This document shows positions 42,602-54,279 of a DNA stretch of 64,000 nt, in pieces. The stretch comes from an uncultured Armatimonadia bacterium (GTDB taxonomy: Bacteria > Armatimonadota > Zipacnadia > CAVVLO01). How positions within the stretch are numbered: position 1 is the stretch's first letter; each line of letters starts with the position of its first letter. Location of the stretch: NCBI GenBank assembly GCA_963749155.1, contig CAVVLO010000002.1, positions 512,001 through 576,000 on the forward strand, given 5' to 3'. The notes under the pieces are model-generated. The model saw only the letters and a program-made list of their open reading frames with translations. It was not told the origin of the DNA and did not search any database. Both the position numbers and the translations under genes were made by a program.

Positions 42602-42693
42602 AGGAAAGCCTCCGACGGTGAGCTTTGGAGAAGCTCACTCACGTCGAAGCACCTTCGAGACCAAGCCTCAGCTTCCTGCGTTGAACCTGCTGC

Positions 42694-45602
42694 TTAGGGC
42701 CGTCTTACCGCAAAGACGCGCGTCTCGAAGGCCTCCAGCTCAAACTGGAGGGTATCGGTCAGTTGCTCCGGCGCCTCTGGCACGAATAGCTCACGCGCCA
42801 GCAGTTTCTCCGGCAGGTGGACGACCTTCGGCCCCGCCTGCCAGGCGTGCAGAGCCACCAGCCCTCTGCCTGCGTATAGAGCATCGTCGGTGTCACTGTA
42901 GATGTGAACCCCTGCCAGCCGCGCCAGATTGCGAAGCAGCCCCGGCGGCAGTCCGGGCGAGGCGCTGTAGACCGATGTCCAGTCGCCCTCCTCGGCAACG
43001 GTCAGAGCCGGCTCGCCGTCCTCAAAGACACCCAGGACGCGCTTGGTCTCCGCCACCGAATACCTCGGCGAAGCGCCAACCTCGGCGCCATAGGCCTCTT
43101 TTGCCATCCCAAAAACGGGCTCTATATATTGCAGCCCCTTGCACAGGGGGTCGTCCGTCAGCATCACCCGGAAGGAACCTGTGCGCAGGCGCTTCACCTG
43201 CTGTCCTGTCAGTTCGCGCATACCAGCCAGGCTCTCTTCGACATCGCCCACCTCATCCACTGTGCCGAGGCCCGCGGCGTAGATGAATACGATCACCCGG
43301 CCTTCGGATTTCAACTTGTCAACGGCCAGACGCTCCTTCGGCGTCAGGTCGAAGGCATTCAACAGCACTGAGCAGCCGGGCGTCGGGCATCTGATCGATG
43401 TCTTCCAGCAGGTACAGCCCCACCGGCGCGCCGATGCGGTCGAGGGCTGCGACCTGCGCGGTCAGCGCCTTGAACCAGACATCTCCCTTACCGCCATCGG
43501 CCATCCTGAGAGCACTGCGCTCGCTCATAACCACCGCGATCTCGGGCTTCAAATCAAGTGGAGCAGGCCCTGTGACCGCTTCCTGGCCCAGGCGGTTCAT
43601 TTCGCCGAAAAGTGACAAGATAGTCGGGTCCGAGAACCAGCCATCCTGCATATCGAACCACCATTGACCCGCCCCGCGCGTCCTCACCGCCGCATATTCG
43701 CGCTTCAGCACGCCAAGCGTCTGCTGCATATCCGCACAGCGCCCAGTTGGATCCTGCTGCAGATGGGTGCGGATGTCCGACTCGTTCAGCCACAATTTTC
43801 CGTGCAGCTTTATCGAATCGGTCAACGACATAAAGGTCGAGGTACCGCCTGGCTGACGCCCGGAATACATCGCGGGCGCCGAGAGGAAGTCCACGTCCGG
43901 ACACTCCAGCACTTTGGCGAGGGCCAGATGCTGTGTCTCGGGTGCCAGCCCGCCATACTGGGGTGCATAACCATAGAAAAATCCCGCAAGCAGTTCTCCA
44001 TCGGAAGCCTGCTTTACCGCGCCAGCTATCCGGGTGATGGCCCGCGCAGCCGCCAGGGCGTAGGCCTCGTAGAAGTCTGTGACCTGCCTGTCCTCCTCGG
44101 GTCGCCAAAGCAGGCTGGCAGGGGCTTCCCTGCGCGCCCGCGTTGGAACCAGGGCGTCTTCGAAGGTCAGCCCAGGTTGGCCCCAGGCTAAGGCAAGCGC
44201 CGTGTTGGTGCCGTATTTCTGCTTGAGCCAGCTCTGGAAGAAGGCCGCAAAGGCCGGCGAGAAGTCTCCCCTGAGGCCATCCCACAATCCCCAGCTCTGC
44301 CACTCGGCCGAATAGCCCGTGCACAGGTGCAGCCCTACGACCCGGTCCGCGAAGGGGCTCCCCCGCAGCCAGGTGATGAAGCGCTCAAGGTCGCCGCTGA
44401 TGAGTTCGAGCCATTCCTCGGAAGCGAAGGACTGTGGCCCTACCGTGCCGTTATCGAACACGACGCGCTGGTCAGGATGCGCCGCAAGCCAAGCCGCGGG
44501 CGGTTCAAGCTGGATCCGCGGCAGTATGAGCGCCTCCGGATCGCGCCGAAGCACCTCTTCGAACAATTTGGTCGGTTCTCCAGCATCAAACTGCCCCACC
44601 TTCCCGTTGCCGATACCACAGCCGACGCTGTAGAGATGCGCCCCCTGGGCGGCAAATTCCCCATAATGGCCCGTATGCACGCCCAGAAAAGCGAAGGGGA
44701 ACACTGGCTTCCCGTTGAGGAAAAGTGTCGGTGTGCCCTGCCAGGGCAGCACTTCCGCCACGCATGGAGCTGGGATTGGCACAGGCCCGAAGTCCAAATC
44801 CGACACGGTAGCATCACCTGCTTCGCGGCCTTCCCACTGAAGGTCGCCGAGTTCAACTGAGAGCGTGTGCCTTCCCTCGGGCGAGTAGCGCTGAGGGGGT
44901 ATCTCGACTGCAACCTTCAGCAGAGAGCGCCCAGGAGTGTCACCTGGTTCGCTTTCCGGGCTGACTTGTTTGGACCAGATTACCTGGCCCTCGCGCCGGA
45001 GCGCGATCCAGCACTCTCCCTCCGCCTTTGAAGGCGCCTCGAAGGTGATTTGAGCTGGCCCGCCCTCACGTCCGGTGGGGGCTTCCACTTCCACCAGCCG
45101 CAACTCAGGCGCGCCGGTCGGCCGGTAATCTCTATCGGGCACGAAGAGGAAACAATCGCAGCCTGTGTTCCAGGAATCTGCCAGGTCTATCCGGAGTGTG
45201 ACAGAGCCTCCCTCGACCTCGCCAAGAGACTGCCAGCACCAGTTGTAGGCGAGCGGCTCAAGCGTGCCGGCCCAGAACTCGGCGCCGTTGACCCTCACCC
45301 GATAGCTGTAATGGCCGGGGTAGTGGCCGTTGTCGGTGCACCGCACCCAGAGGCGATAATGCCCAGCGGGCAGCTCGACGGTCTTCTCGGCGACCTGGTC
45401 GGCCAGGTTGCAACGCAGCCACTGCGCCGCCACTTGCCAGCGGTTCGTCCAGCACGTACCACCCGCCCGGACTGAAGCTCTCCGCCTCGACCAGCACCGA
45501 GCCGGAAGGAGGCTCGATGGTGAATACCCCCTCGGCGCAGGCCATCACCGGGAGCAGCAGCAGCGCGCAAGTAACCACCAGGCCAGCCAGTCTAGTCTTC
45601 AT
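42694..45602 (-). CDS. Secreted GH42-like beta-galactosidase-family protein; frameshifts near 45420 and 43370
   Basis: GGAGG RBS then MKTRLAGLVVTCALLLLPVMACA; PTLFLNGKP, QSFASEEW, GYSAEW, WLKQKYGT...LAWG, LHGKLWLNESDIRT, WWFDM; C-terminal LLRNLARLAGVHIY. Confidence 0.7.
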
Positions 45603-48502
45603 TAGTGCCTCCTGTCTGTTCAGCAAGCGCCTTCCTGCAGGCCTCGAGGTTGGTGCGGAAAGTCAAGGCATAAGGATGGACTCGGTTCAATGTATGCTCG
45701 ACAATACATAGCGCCCTTTCCCACAGGGGAAGCGCCTGGGCAACATCACCTCGGTTGTAGTATATGGATGCCAGATTGTGCAGACTAATAGCAGTGTCTG
45801 GATGGTAGTAGTCCAGATGCCTCTCCCGGATGGCTAGAGCCTGGGTCTCTAGCTCTAGAGCACGTTCGGTATTACCTACTAACTGATAGACGGTTGCGAG
45901 ATGACTGATGCTGGCGGCCGTATCAGGATGGTCCGCCCCCAGGCTCTGCATCCTGATCGCAAGTGCTCTCAGGTCGAGTGCCAGTGCTGTCTCGTAGTCC
46001 TTTTGCTGGATGTATATACTAGCAAGGTTGTTGAGACTATGGGCTAGCTCGGGATGCTGCGGCCCGAGCACGCTTTCTCTTATAACCAACGCTTGCTCAA
46101 ACAAGGCCAAGGCTTCCTGCAGTCGTCCCTTCGTATAAAGTATCGCGGCCATATTATTAATTTCTTTGGCCCTGTCGGTTGGCGCCAGTTCTGCTGCCCT
46201 AGCTCTGACCGCAAGCACCCTCTCCTGTATAGCCAGAGCTGCATCCGTTGCTCCCTGGGCTTGGTAGAGCACAGCCAGACCACCCAGACTTGTCATTGTT
46301 TCTGGATGGTCGCGACCCAGCACCTCCTCCCTGATAGCGAGTGCCTTCTCATAATAGGCATTGGCCTGATCATAGTCTCCCCGAGCGAAGTGCATTGTGG
46401 CTATGTTATGGAGTAGTGCTGCGATCTCCGGATGGCTCTCACCAAGCACTAACTCCATGCGGTGGATAGCCTCCCCGTAAAGTCTGGATGCCTCTGTATA
46501 CTCACCACATGTTTGTAATAACCTGCCTGCAAGATTCGCGCGACTCGCCGCTGCCCAGTAGTCAGACGTTCTTCTTGTTGCCTCCTCTGTGCTTCGGCCC
46601 GGCTCATACCTGCCCTCAAGGGGCTTCCAGTAAGCGAACCACTCGTGCGCGAGGCTTCTACTGTTGAACCACTCCATCACCTCAAGGCTCACGAGTTCGT
46701 CTCGCAGGGCTTCCCAGGCCTTGGCTTGTTCAAGTTGCCAGGGTCGCTCGGTTACGCGACGGTCGATGTCAGCAGTGAGGAAGTAGTCGGCCAGCTTCAG
46801 GTGGCGCTCGGGAGAGTCGCCATAAGTGCGCCTTCACGGCCTTCCAGAGGGTGCGGTGGGCGAAGTCCAGCAGCTCTCCACGTTGGACCAGGTAGGGCGC
46901 AAGGCTCCGGCGGACGCGCGCCCAGGCCAGGGCTGTTACCTCGCCGCCGACCAGCTCCAGCAGTTCGCGCTCAGAGAGGCCTGACCGGGAGGCCGCAAGC
47001 AGCGCCAGCCCCTCCGCCACGGGGAAGACGCCTGTGTGGTCGCCCTCTACCCGGTCCAGCACCTGCCCGAACAGGTCTTCCGTCGTGGCCGGCAAGCCGT
47101 TCGATGCGCCGTGTAAGCTCCTCGAAGCTGCCGAACAGGCGCAACTCCTCGAGCGCCACTTTGAGGTAGAGAGCGTTCTCCGTTGCCTCGTTCGCCAGCA
47201 GCGCCTCAAGCTGAGAGTCCGAGAGCTTCTTGCGATATTCCCATAAGAAATCAGTAACAAGCTGTTTCCGCTCCGGGGTGGTCAGTGGGGCAAGCAGAAG
47301 CTCCTCAGCCTGATGCCGGCGCAGTGCCTCCAGAGGCTTCTCCTTCCAGCGTCGAGGCGATGATCCGCACGCCAGCCGGCAGGAACTCCGGCAGCCACGC
47401 CAGCCCCAGCGCCCCACCGATATCCTCGAGCTGGTTGAGGCCATCGAGCACCAGCACGACCGGCCCCTTCGACTTGCTACCAGCCTCAATCAGCAGGTTC
47501 CGGAAGGCCTCCTCCAGCCCTTCGGGCTTGTCCGGAAGCTCGCTGAAGAGGCCAAGCTGACGCTTCAACTCCTCGCCAATCCGCCTCATCGTCTGGATAT
47601 GACTGGTCGAGGAAGGGCTTGCCCCTACGAAGTGCAGCACCACTTCGGCCTCTGGATGAGCCTCGCGATATTCCAGCGACCAGTCCGCAAGCAGCGCCGA
47701 CTTGCCGCTGCCAGCCGGGCCGGTCAGGGCCAGCGCGCGGTGGGTGTCCGACTCGACATACTGGGTGAGCTGGCGTTTCTCTTCAGCGCGTCCGACGAAG
47801 CCCGCCACCAACCGCGCGGCCTGGGCCTCGTGCAGTTCAATCTCCTCGGTCAGGGCATCCGGTGGCTCTGCGTCTTCGGGATACTCCTCCGAGATGGCAG
47901 CCCAGAGAGCCTCCAGCACCGCCTTGCCGAAGTCCTCCAGCCCGACGACCTGGCCCTCCCACCGGCAGGCATATTCTGTTACAGGAAGTTTCTCGTCCCG
48001 AAGCTGCTGCTTGAGTTTCGAGAGCTTCTCGGCAGCCTCCGGTGTTTCAGCCTGGTAATCAGCAGGTAACGGAGTCTTTGCCGACAGCTTGCGGAAGAAG
48101 AAGAACGCCCGGCCCGCCATTTCCGGGTCATTTAGCACCCCGTGGAGTATCTCCAGTTCTGTTACAGAGTGCCCTTTTCGGTCATCTACCCACGGAAACT
48201 CGATTACGGCCTCCTCCGGAAGTGTCTCCGGCACCCAGCCGTAGCGTTCCCCAAGCAGGCCGAGGAAGAAAGGCCGGCAGCGGTCTATCTCCTCGAGGCA
48301 AACGGCCAGCACCTTGCCCTGTTCGGCCTCTGCTTCGGTCACACCCCAGCGCAGGTCTACGTCGGTGAGGTAGAGCTCGCGTGCTGCACAGCGCTCGCGC
48401 AACTCCGGGAAGACGACACGCGCCAGCCAGTCCCGTCTCCGCGTGCATATCACGGAAGGTAGAGGAGACAAACACTCGCACGGTGCGCCAGGAACCGGCC
48501 AT
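45592..48502 (-). CDS. STAND NTPase: N-terminal DUF4062, NACHT/AAA-type NTPase and C-terminal TPR array (NPHP3/TEP1-like); frameshifts near 48435, 47335, 47090, 46830
   Basis: GGAGG RBS; VRVFVSSTFRDMHAE, DLRWGV, FLGLLGERYG, SVTELEI (DUF4062); FVGR, Walker A GPAGSGKS, Walker B VLVLDGLNQL, NALYL, SRSGLSEREL; about 7 TPRs of the LGxDHPxTAxSLxNLA type. Confidence 0.85.
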
Positions 48503-48676
48503 ACAGACCTCCAAACTGGGCGATGCTGATGGGGATACATACCAAGTTTCCTCTGACAGGACGTCTTTCCTGCAGCCAGCTCAAGCGGAACGGGCGAGCC
48601 CCTGTCGAACTGTCTGGCACTCAGCAGAAAGGGGGCCTCTGGTGTGACTGGTGATACGGAGTTAAACACAGGCCGG

Positions 48677-49764
48677 ATGACGCCGCGCGAAAGGGTAGTG
48701 ACAGCTCTGGCGCACCGGCAGCCCGACCGAGTGCCCTTCTCCTGGGGCTTTGGGCCGACCTCTGAGATGTGGCGGGAGCTGGAGCCCTACTGCGCCGGCC
48801 TCGGTCTCGACTGGGTGAGGCTCTTCCGCGCGGTTGAAGACGTGGACTACGCCAACCCAGCCTACATCGGGCCGCCGCCTGCCGAGGGCAGAGACCTCTG
48901 GGGCATCGGGTATGAGGCCCATTCTTACGGGACTGGCGCCTATTCGGAGTTCTCCCACTACCCGCTGGCAGGCGTCTCTACCTTAGCGGAAATCGAGGCT
49001 TATCCCTGGCCCGATCCCGAGGCTTACGACTATGAGCACCTGCGCGAACAAGTCCTGGGCGCCGACCCGGAGCGGTTACGCGCGAAGAAGAACAGTGGCT
49101 ACAACCCCTTCGAGATCTACTCCTGGATGACAGGCCTCGAGGAGACGCTAATCAACCTCGTGGCCCAGCCCGAAATCGTCGAGGCGGCGCTCGCCCGTAT
49201 CACTGGGTGATGGCCGCGCGTATGACGCGCACGCTCGAGGCTTGCGGTGATCTGATCGACCTCGTAATGCTGGCGGATGACCTGGGCGGACAGCAAGGGC
49301 TACTTGTTTCGCGGGAGAGATACCGAGAGCAGATCCAGCCCTTCCACCGAGCGCTTGCCGATATAGCCCACAGGCTTGCACCTCACGCCAAGGTGATGTA
49401 TCACAGCGATGGGGCGGTGTTCGAGGTGTTGCCCGACCTGATTGACGCGGGGATCGAGGTGCTGGAAGCCGTCCAGACCGACGCGGCGGGGATGGACCCC
49501 GTCGCACTGAAGCAGACTTACGGCGACCGGCTTTCCTTCCATGGCGGGATAGCTGTCCAGAGCCTGCTGCCGTATGGCGACGAGAAGACCGTCTTCGACG
49601 AGTGCCAGCGGCTGGTCGAAGTCTTCGGCGCAGGCGGCGGCTACATCGCGGCGCCCACCCATGCCATCCAGGTTGGCACCCCACCTGCCAATGTGCTCGC
49701 GATGCTGCGCGCCGTGCTGGGCGATGAGGACTACGAAGCCGCGCTCGATTTGGCGCGTATCTGA
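48677..49764 (+). CDS. Uroporphyrinogen decarboxylase (URO-D/MtaA-like) family protein; frameshift near 49207
   Basis: MTPRERVVTALAHRQPDRVP, YPWPDP, ADDLGGQ, YHSDG, SFHGGI, GGYIAAPTHAIQ. One missing G in GGG(G)TG would join the two ORFs. Confidence 0.85.
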
Positions 49765-49782
49765 GATATGAGGTGACTCCTG

Positions 49783-52083
49783 ATGCGTATTGCGGTACTG
49801 ACTCTGGTGCTTGCGTCTCTGACTTTCCTGCTGACTTGTGCTTCCCAGGCGGCTGAACTGTTGGCTGTGCAGGCAGGCTCACTCCGCATCAGCCTGAGCG
49901 ACACCGGGCGGATGACGAGCTTCTGGCTTGATATCGGCGAGCGAGAAATCCTTCCCGCAGGTCAGGTGCCGGCGTTGCTGACGCTGACAGTAGACGAACA
50001 AGCCTTGCTGCCCAGCGCGGCAAGCTGGGATGAGACCACTGAGACTATCCAACTCGACTATCCTGGGGGCGCCAAAGCTACGATAAAAATCCAGCAGAAA
50101 GCGACCCACGCTACCTTCACTTTGGAACGTCTCGAAGGCCCTGCCGTGAGTCGTGCCGAGTGGGGGCCCTTCCCCACCACACTCGGTGATTCAGTTGGAG
50201 AACTCGTCTGCGTGGCGCGCGATGAGACCGCCGCCATCGGCCTGCAGGGGCTGACCCTCCAGATCAATGCCGCCGCCTCGACAGCCGATTATGGAGAAGC
50301 CTGCCCTCATGGCAGCCGACTGGTCTCCTGGGCGCGCGAGCACGAAGGCGGAGTGCTTGGAGCGGCAATTGCGGTCTTCGGCTGCAAGGCGGAGGACGCC
50401 CTGGCCACAATCGGCGAAATCGAGATTGCCGAGGGGCTACCGCATCCAACTGTGGACGGTGTCTGGGGAAAGGTCTCTCCCGCCGCCAACGAGGCTTATC
50501 TCATCTGCCCTTATGGCGTTGGCACGATTGAGGAGACCGTCGCCCTGACAAGGAAACTGGGTTTCCGCGACCTTTACCACCCCGGCCCCTTCGAGACCTG
50601 GGGCCATTTTATACTGGGCAAGCACGAGTTTCCCGAGGGCGACGCCAGCCTGAAGTTGTGCTCGGAAATCGCTGCCAAATCAGGCGTGCGTATGGGAGTC
50701 CACACGCTGACAGCCTTCATCACCCCCAATGACCCCTATGTCAGCCCCAAGCCTGACCTGCGCCTGGCCCGGCTTGGCTCAAGTCGCCTTGCGGCTGATG
50801 TGGACGCTGCCGCGACCGAGTTGCCTGTCGAAGACTGGCGTCCCTTTGTCGTGAAACAATATTGGGGCTGGGACCAGAAGTTTGTAGTGCTGGGTGAGGA
50901 GATAATCAGCTATACCGGCGTGACCGAGGAGGCCCCCTATCGCCTGACAGGCTGCGCGCGGGGGCAGTTCGACACGACAACCTCGGCCCACTTGACGGGC
51001 GACGACCTGGGGGCGCTGGCCACGCACAACTATCACACTTTCTACCCAGGTATCGAAGGCGGGATGATCGAGGAGATGACCGACCGCCTCGTTCAGCTCG
51101 TTAACGACTGCAACCTGCATATGCTGTCTTTCGATGGGCTGGAAGGCTTGCTAGATTATGGCTGGGAAGGCGACTACACGCGCAACCTGTTCGTGTCGCG
51201 CTGCTTTGCCGGCTTCGACCACGAGGTCACGAGCGACGCGAGCAACCTGCTGCACTATCTTTGGCACATCCACACGCGGATGAACTGGGGCGAGCCATGG
51301 GGCAAGGCCTTGCGAGAGGGGATGCCCGAATATCGCCTGAACAACCAGGCCTTCTTCGAACGCAATCTCTTCCCGAAGATGATGGGCTGGTTCCTGTTCC
51401 AGCCTGCGGTGCCCGGGGTTGAAGCCACTCGCCTCGATGATATCGAATGGATGCTCTCCAAGGCCGCCGGGTTCGATGCTGGCTTCGCGCTGGTCAGCAC
51501 GCCAGGCGATTTCACGACCAATATGCAAGGCGATGCGGTAGCCAAGGCTATTGCCGAGTGGGAGAAGGCTCGCAACAGCGGCGCTTTCACGCAGGAACAG
51601 CGCGCCAGGCTCCGAGATGGCCGCAGTGACTGGCATCTCGAAGCTGCCGGAGAGGGCCATTGGAAGCTTTATCCGATGCTCTTCCCGCCTGCGCTGGCCT
51701 GCGGGGCGGCTAGTCCGATGGTCGAAGGCCAGGTGGAGAATCCCTATGAGGCTCAGCCACTGCAGTTCGTGATCCGCATCCTGCCCTCCGATAACCCGGA
51801 AGCCGCACTCGAGAACCCAATCCTCGAGATTGGTAACCAAAAACTAATCCTGCCAGTCCGCGTAACTCCGGACCGTTATATCAGAGGGGATGGCAAGGGT
51901 AACGCCGAGGTATGCGATTCCAACTGGCATGTGCTGGACACGGTGAGGATCGCCGGCGGCTGGCCCCTTGTGGCCTCTGGCACGAATACCGTGCGCCTCT
52001 CGTGTGAGCTTACTGGAGGCGCGCAGGTAACTTTTCGATTGCAGCTTGCCGGCCCGGCCGAGGCTGTCGTGGCACCCGACTAG
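49783..52083 (+). CDS. Secreted hypothetical protein, possibly a TIM-barrel glycoside hydrolase
   Basis: GAGGTG RBS; signal peptide; intact 766-aa ORF; MGVHTLT and LSFDGLEG barrel-like motifs. Family not recognised. Confidence 0.55.
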   Translation: MRIAVLTLVLASLTFLLTCASQAAELLAVQAGSLRISLSDTGRMTSFWLDIGEREILPAGQVPALLTLTVDEQALLPSAASWDETTETIQLDYPGGAKATIKIQQKATHATFTLERLEGPAVSRAEWGPFPTTLGDSVGELVCVARDETAAIGLQGLTLQINAAASTADYGEACPHGSRLVSWAREHEGGVLGAAIAVFGCKAEDALATIGEIEIAEGLPHPTVDGVWGKVSPAANEAYLICPYGVGTIEETVALTRKLGFRDLYHPGPFETWGHFILGKHEFPEGDASLKLCSEIAAKSGVRMGVHTLTAFITPNDPYVSPKPDLRLARLGSSRLAADVDAAATELPVEDWRPFVVKQYWGWDQKFVVLGEEIISYTGVTEEAPYRLTGCARGQFDTTTSAHLTGDDLGALATHNYHTFYPGIEGGMIEEMTDRLVQLVNDCNLHMLSFDGLEGLLDYGWEGDYTRNLFVSRCFAGFDHEVTSDASNLLHYLWHIHTRMNWGEPWGKALREGMPEYRLNNQAFFERNLFPKMMGWFLFQPAVPGVEATRLDDIEWMLSKAAGFDAGFALVSTPGDFTTNMQGDAVAKAIAEWEKARNSGAFTQEQRARLRDGRSDWHLEAAGEGHWKLYPMLFPPALACGAASPMVEGQVENPYEAQPLQFVIRILPSDNPEAALENPILEIGNQKLILPVRVTPDRYIRGDGKGNAEVCDSNWHVLDTVRIAGGWPLVASGTNTVRLSCELTGGAQVTFRLQLAGPAEAVVAPD

Positions 52084-53322
52084 GGCCGGCTGGAGTGCCA
52101 GTGGGCCAGACGTTCGAGGGCTCGGGCAGTGTCATCGAGTTCAGCCTGACCAAAATATTCTTTGACTGGCAGCATCACCCCTGTCGCCAGCACCTGTTCA
52201 GCGCCGGGGCAGCGAGTCTTGGTGTAGTCCACCGCCTTATAAGGATGACCGCCGCGCTCGAAGGCGCTGTGCTCAGTGAAGACGGGATAAGTATAGACAC
52301 ACTGGCCAATGTAATGGGCCGAAGCGGGGATGCCCTCGGCTACAAGCCCGGCGGCAAATTCGTCAGCGTCTACACGAAGAATCTCGGGCTCGATGCGCAG
52401 CATGTAGAACCACCAGGAAGGGTTGCAGCCAGGAGTTGGCAGCGGCGGAAGCACACCCTCAAGGCCTTCTAGCCGCTGGCTCAGTGCCTCGCACCAGGCG
52501 CGGCGTCGGGCGACGATATCCGCCAGCTTGCCGAGTTGCGCAAGCGCCACCGCGGCTTGTAGTTCTGTCATCCTGTAGTTGCCTGCCAGGAAGGTTGGAT
52601 TACGCATAGCGGCGCCTGGCTCCCGGTTGTAAGCCTTGTCCGTCGCCAGCCTGAGCTTGCGCGCCAGAGCCTCGTCCGAGGTCACCACGACTCCGCCATC
52701 GCCGCAGGAGATATGCTTGAACTCGTTAAGGCTGAAGCAACCGATCACCTTCGCGCGTGCCGACAGGCGCCCCCTCCCACTCGCAGCCCCAGGCCTGGGC
52801 ACAGTCCTCGACCAGTGCGATACCACGCTCATCGCATAGCTTCCCAAGGCTTGTAAGGTCGCAGGCATTGCCCCAGAGATGCACCGCCACAACGGCGCGG
52901 GTGCGCTGGGTCAGCACGGCTTCTACCGAGGCCGGCGTCATACAGTAAGTACGGTCGTCCACATCCGCGAACCTGGGTACAGCCCCCTGCCAGAGGATGG
53001 GAGTGAGGGTACCCATATCGGTAATTGGCGCCGTGACGACTTCATCGCCAGGCGAGATGCCAAGCGCCATCAGCGCCGCATGGAGGCTGGCCGTGCCGCT
53101 GCTGGTGGCGATTGCGTAAGGCCTTTCGAGCAGCCTGGCGACTTCGGCTTCCAGTTGATGCACGAACTTGCCCTGCGCGTAGAAGAGAGTATTCTGCGCG
53201 AGCGCCTCTCGCAGCAATTCCAGCTCTGCTTCCCCGTAACGCTGGCCAGAGGGGAAAGGCGCGGTGCGCACTGGAGTGCCGCCATAGAGAGCGGGCCGCT
53301 CAGAATCGGCTGATTTGCTCAT
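52080..53322 (-). CDS. DegT/DnrJ/EryC1/StrS PLP-dependent aminotransferase; frameshift near 52755
   Basis: SSGTASLH, GDEVV, VHLWG, LVEDCAQA, then FSLNEFKHISCGDGG (PLP lysine) and GNYRMTELQAAV in the next frame. Confidence 0.9.
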
Positions 53323-53411
53323 AATCTGACCTCTTCCTCAGGCAGGTATAACGCGACCTTTCCCCAATTGTAACTTGCAAGTGGTAGAAGCTGGTGCAAG
53401 GGGGCGGGCAG

Positions 53412-54279
53412 ATGATTATCGACGCGCATAATCATCCCGATTGGCATGGCCACGATCTGGAGAAGTTCGTCGCAAATATGGACCAATACGGCATCGCCAA
53501 GACCTGGCTGCTCTCCTGGGAATGCCCTCCTGACGAATACGACCCAGTCCATTATGGATTGCTTTCACCTGCTGGCTCATCAGGCTCTCCCTTGCCTTTC
53601 GACAGGTGCCTGTCCTATGTAGAACGGCAGCCTGACCGGTTTATCCTCGGCTATTGCCCTGACGTGCGCAGGCCTGATGCCATCGACCGGATGAGGGCCG
53701 CGGTGGACATCCACGGGGCGCGCGTCTGCGGCGAGCTCAAGCTCAGGATGATGTACGACAATCCCGACGCCCTGAGGTTTTTCCATTTCTGTGGCGAACG
53801 GGGCCTTCCCGTAACCTTGCATCTGGACTATGAATTCTCCACCGGTGTGACCTATCCGCGGCCAAGTTATTGGTATGGGGGCGGAATCGAGGCGCTTCGA
53901 GAGGGCTCTGAAAGCCTGCCCGGACACGATTTTCCTTGGTCACGCGCCAGGTTTCTGGGCGCATATCTCGGGCGATGGGAAACACGCCATGGAACCCTAT
54001 CCCACCGGCCCGGTCGTCCCAGGCGGCAAGGTGCCAGAGCTTATGCGTCGCTATCCCAATCTTTATGGCGACCTGTCGGCCGGTTCGGGGGCCAATGCGC
54101 TGAGGCGCGATCCTGATCATGCCAGGCGCTTCATACTCGAGTTCAGCGACCGCCTGCTTTATGGGCGCGACTACTTCGACAACGCCCTCCAGGAGTTGCT
54201 GGATTCACTTGACCTGCCGGCCGAGGTGCTCGGGAAGCTCTACTCTGGCAACGCTTTACGGTTGGTGCCCGTCACTTGA
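53412..54279 (+). CDS. Amidohydrolase family protein (Amidohydro_2); frameshift near 53900
   Basis: IIDAHNH, CGELK, LPVTLH, FLGHAPGFW, NLYGDLSAGSG, LLYGRD. Confidence 0.85.

Noticed and set aside
45660..46500. TPR repeats as a diversity-generating retroelement target
   Set aside because: There is no reverse transcriptase and no near-identical template/variable repeat pair; the repeats are diverged at all positions.
49200..49215. TGA in the URO-D-like gene as selenocysteine or programmed readthrough
   Set aside because: The downstream half is in a different frame; a single missing G in a G-run explains it.
48677..49764. hemE (haem biosynthesis)
   Set aside because: It lacks the HemE N-terminal RQAGR motif and has no hem gene context; it belongs to the broader URO-D/methyltransferase-like family common in sugar loci.
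52080..52083. Overlapping convergent stop codons (also 28053-28056)
   Set aside because: This is a common feature of compact bacterial genomes, with no further signal.
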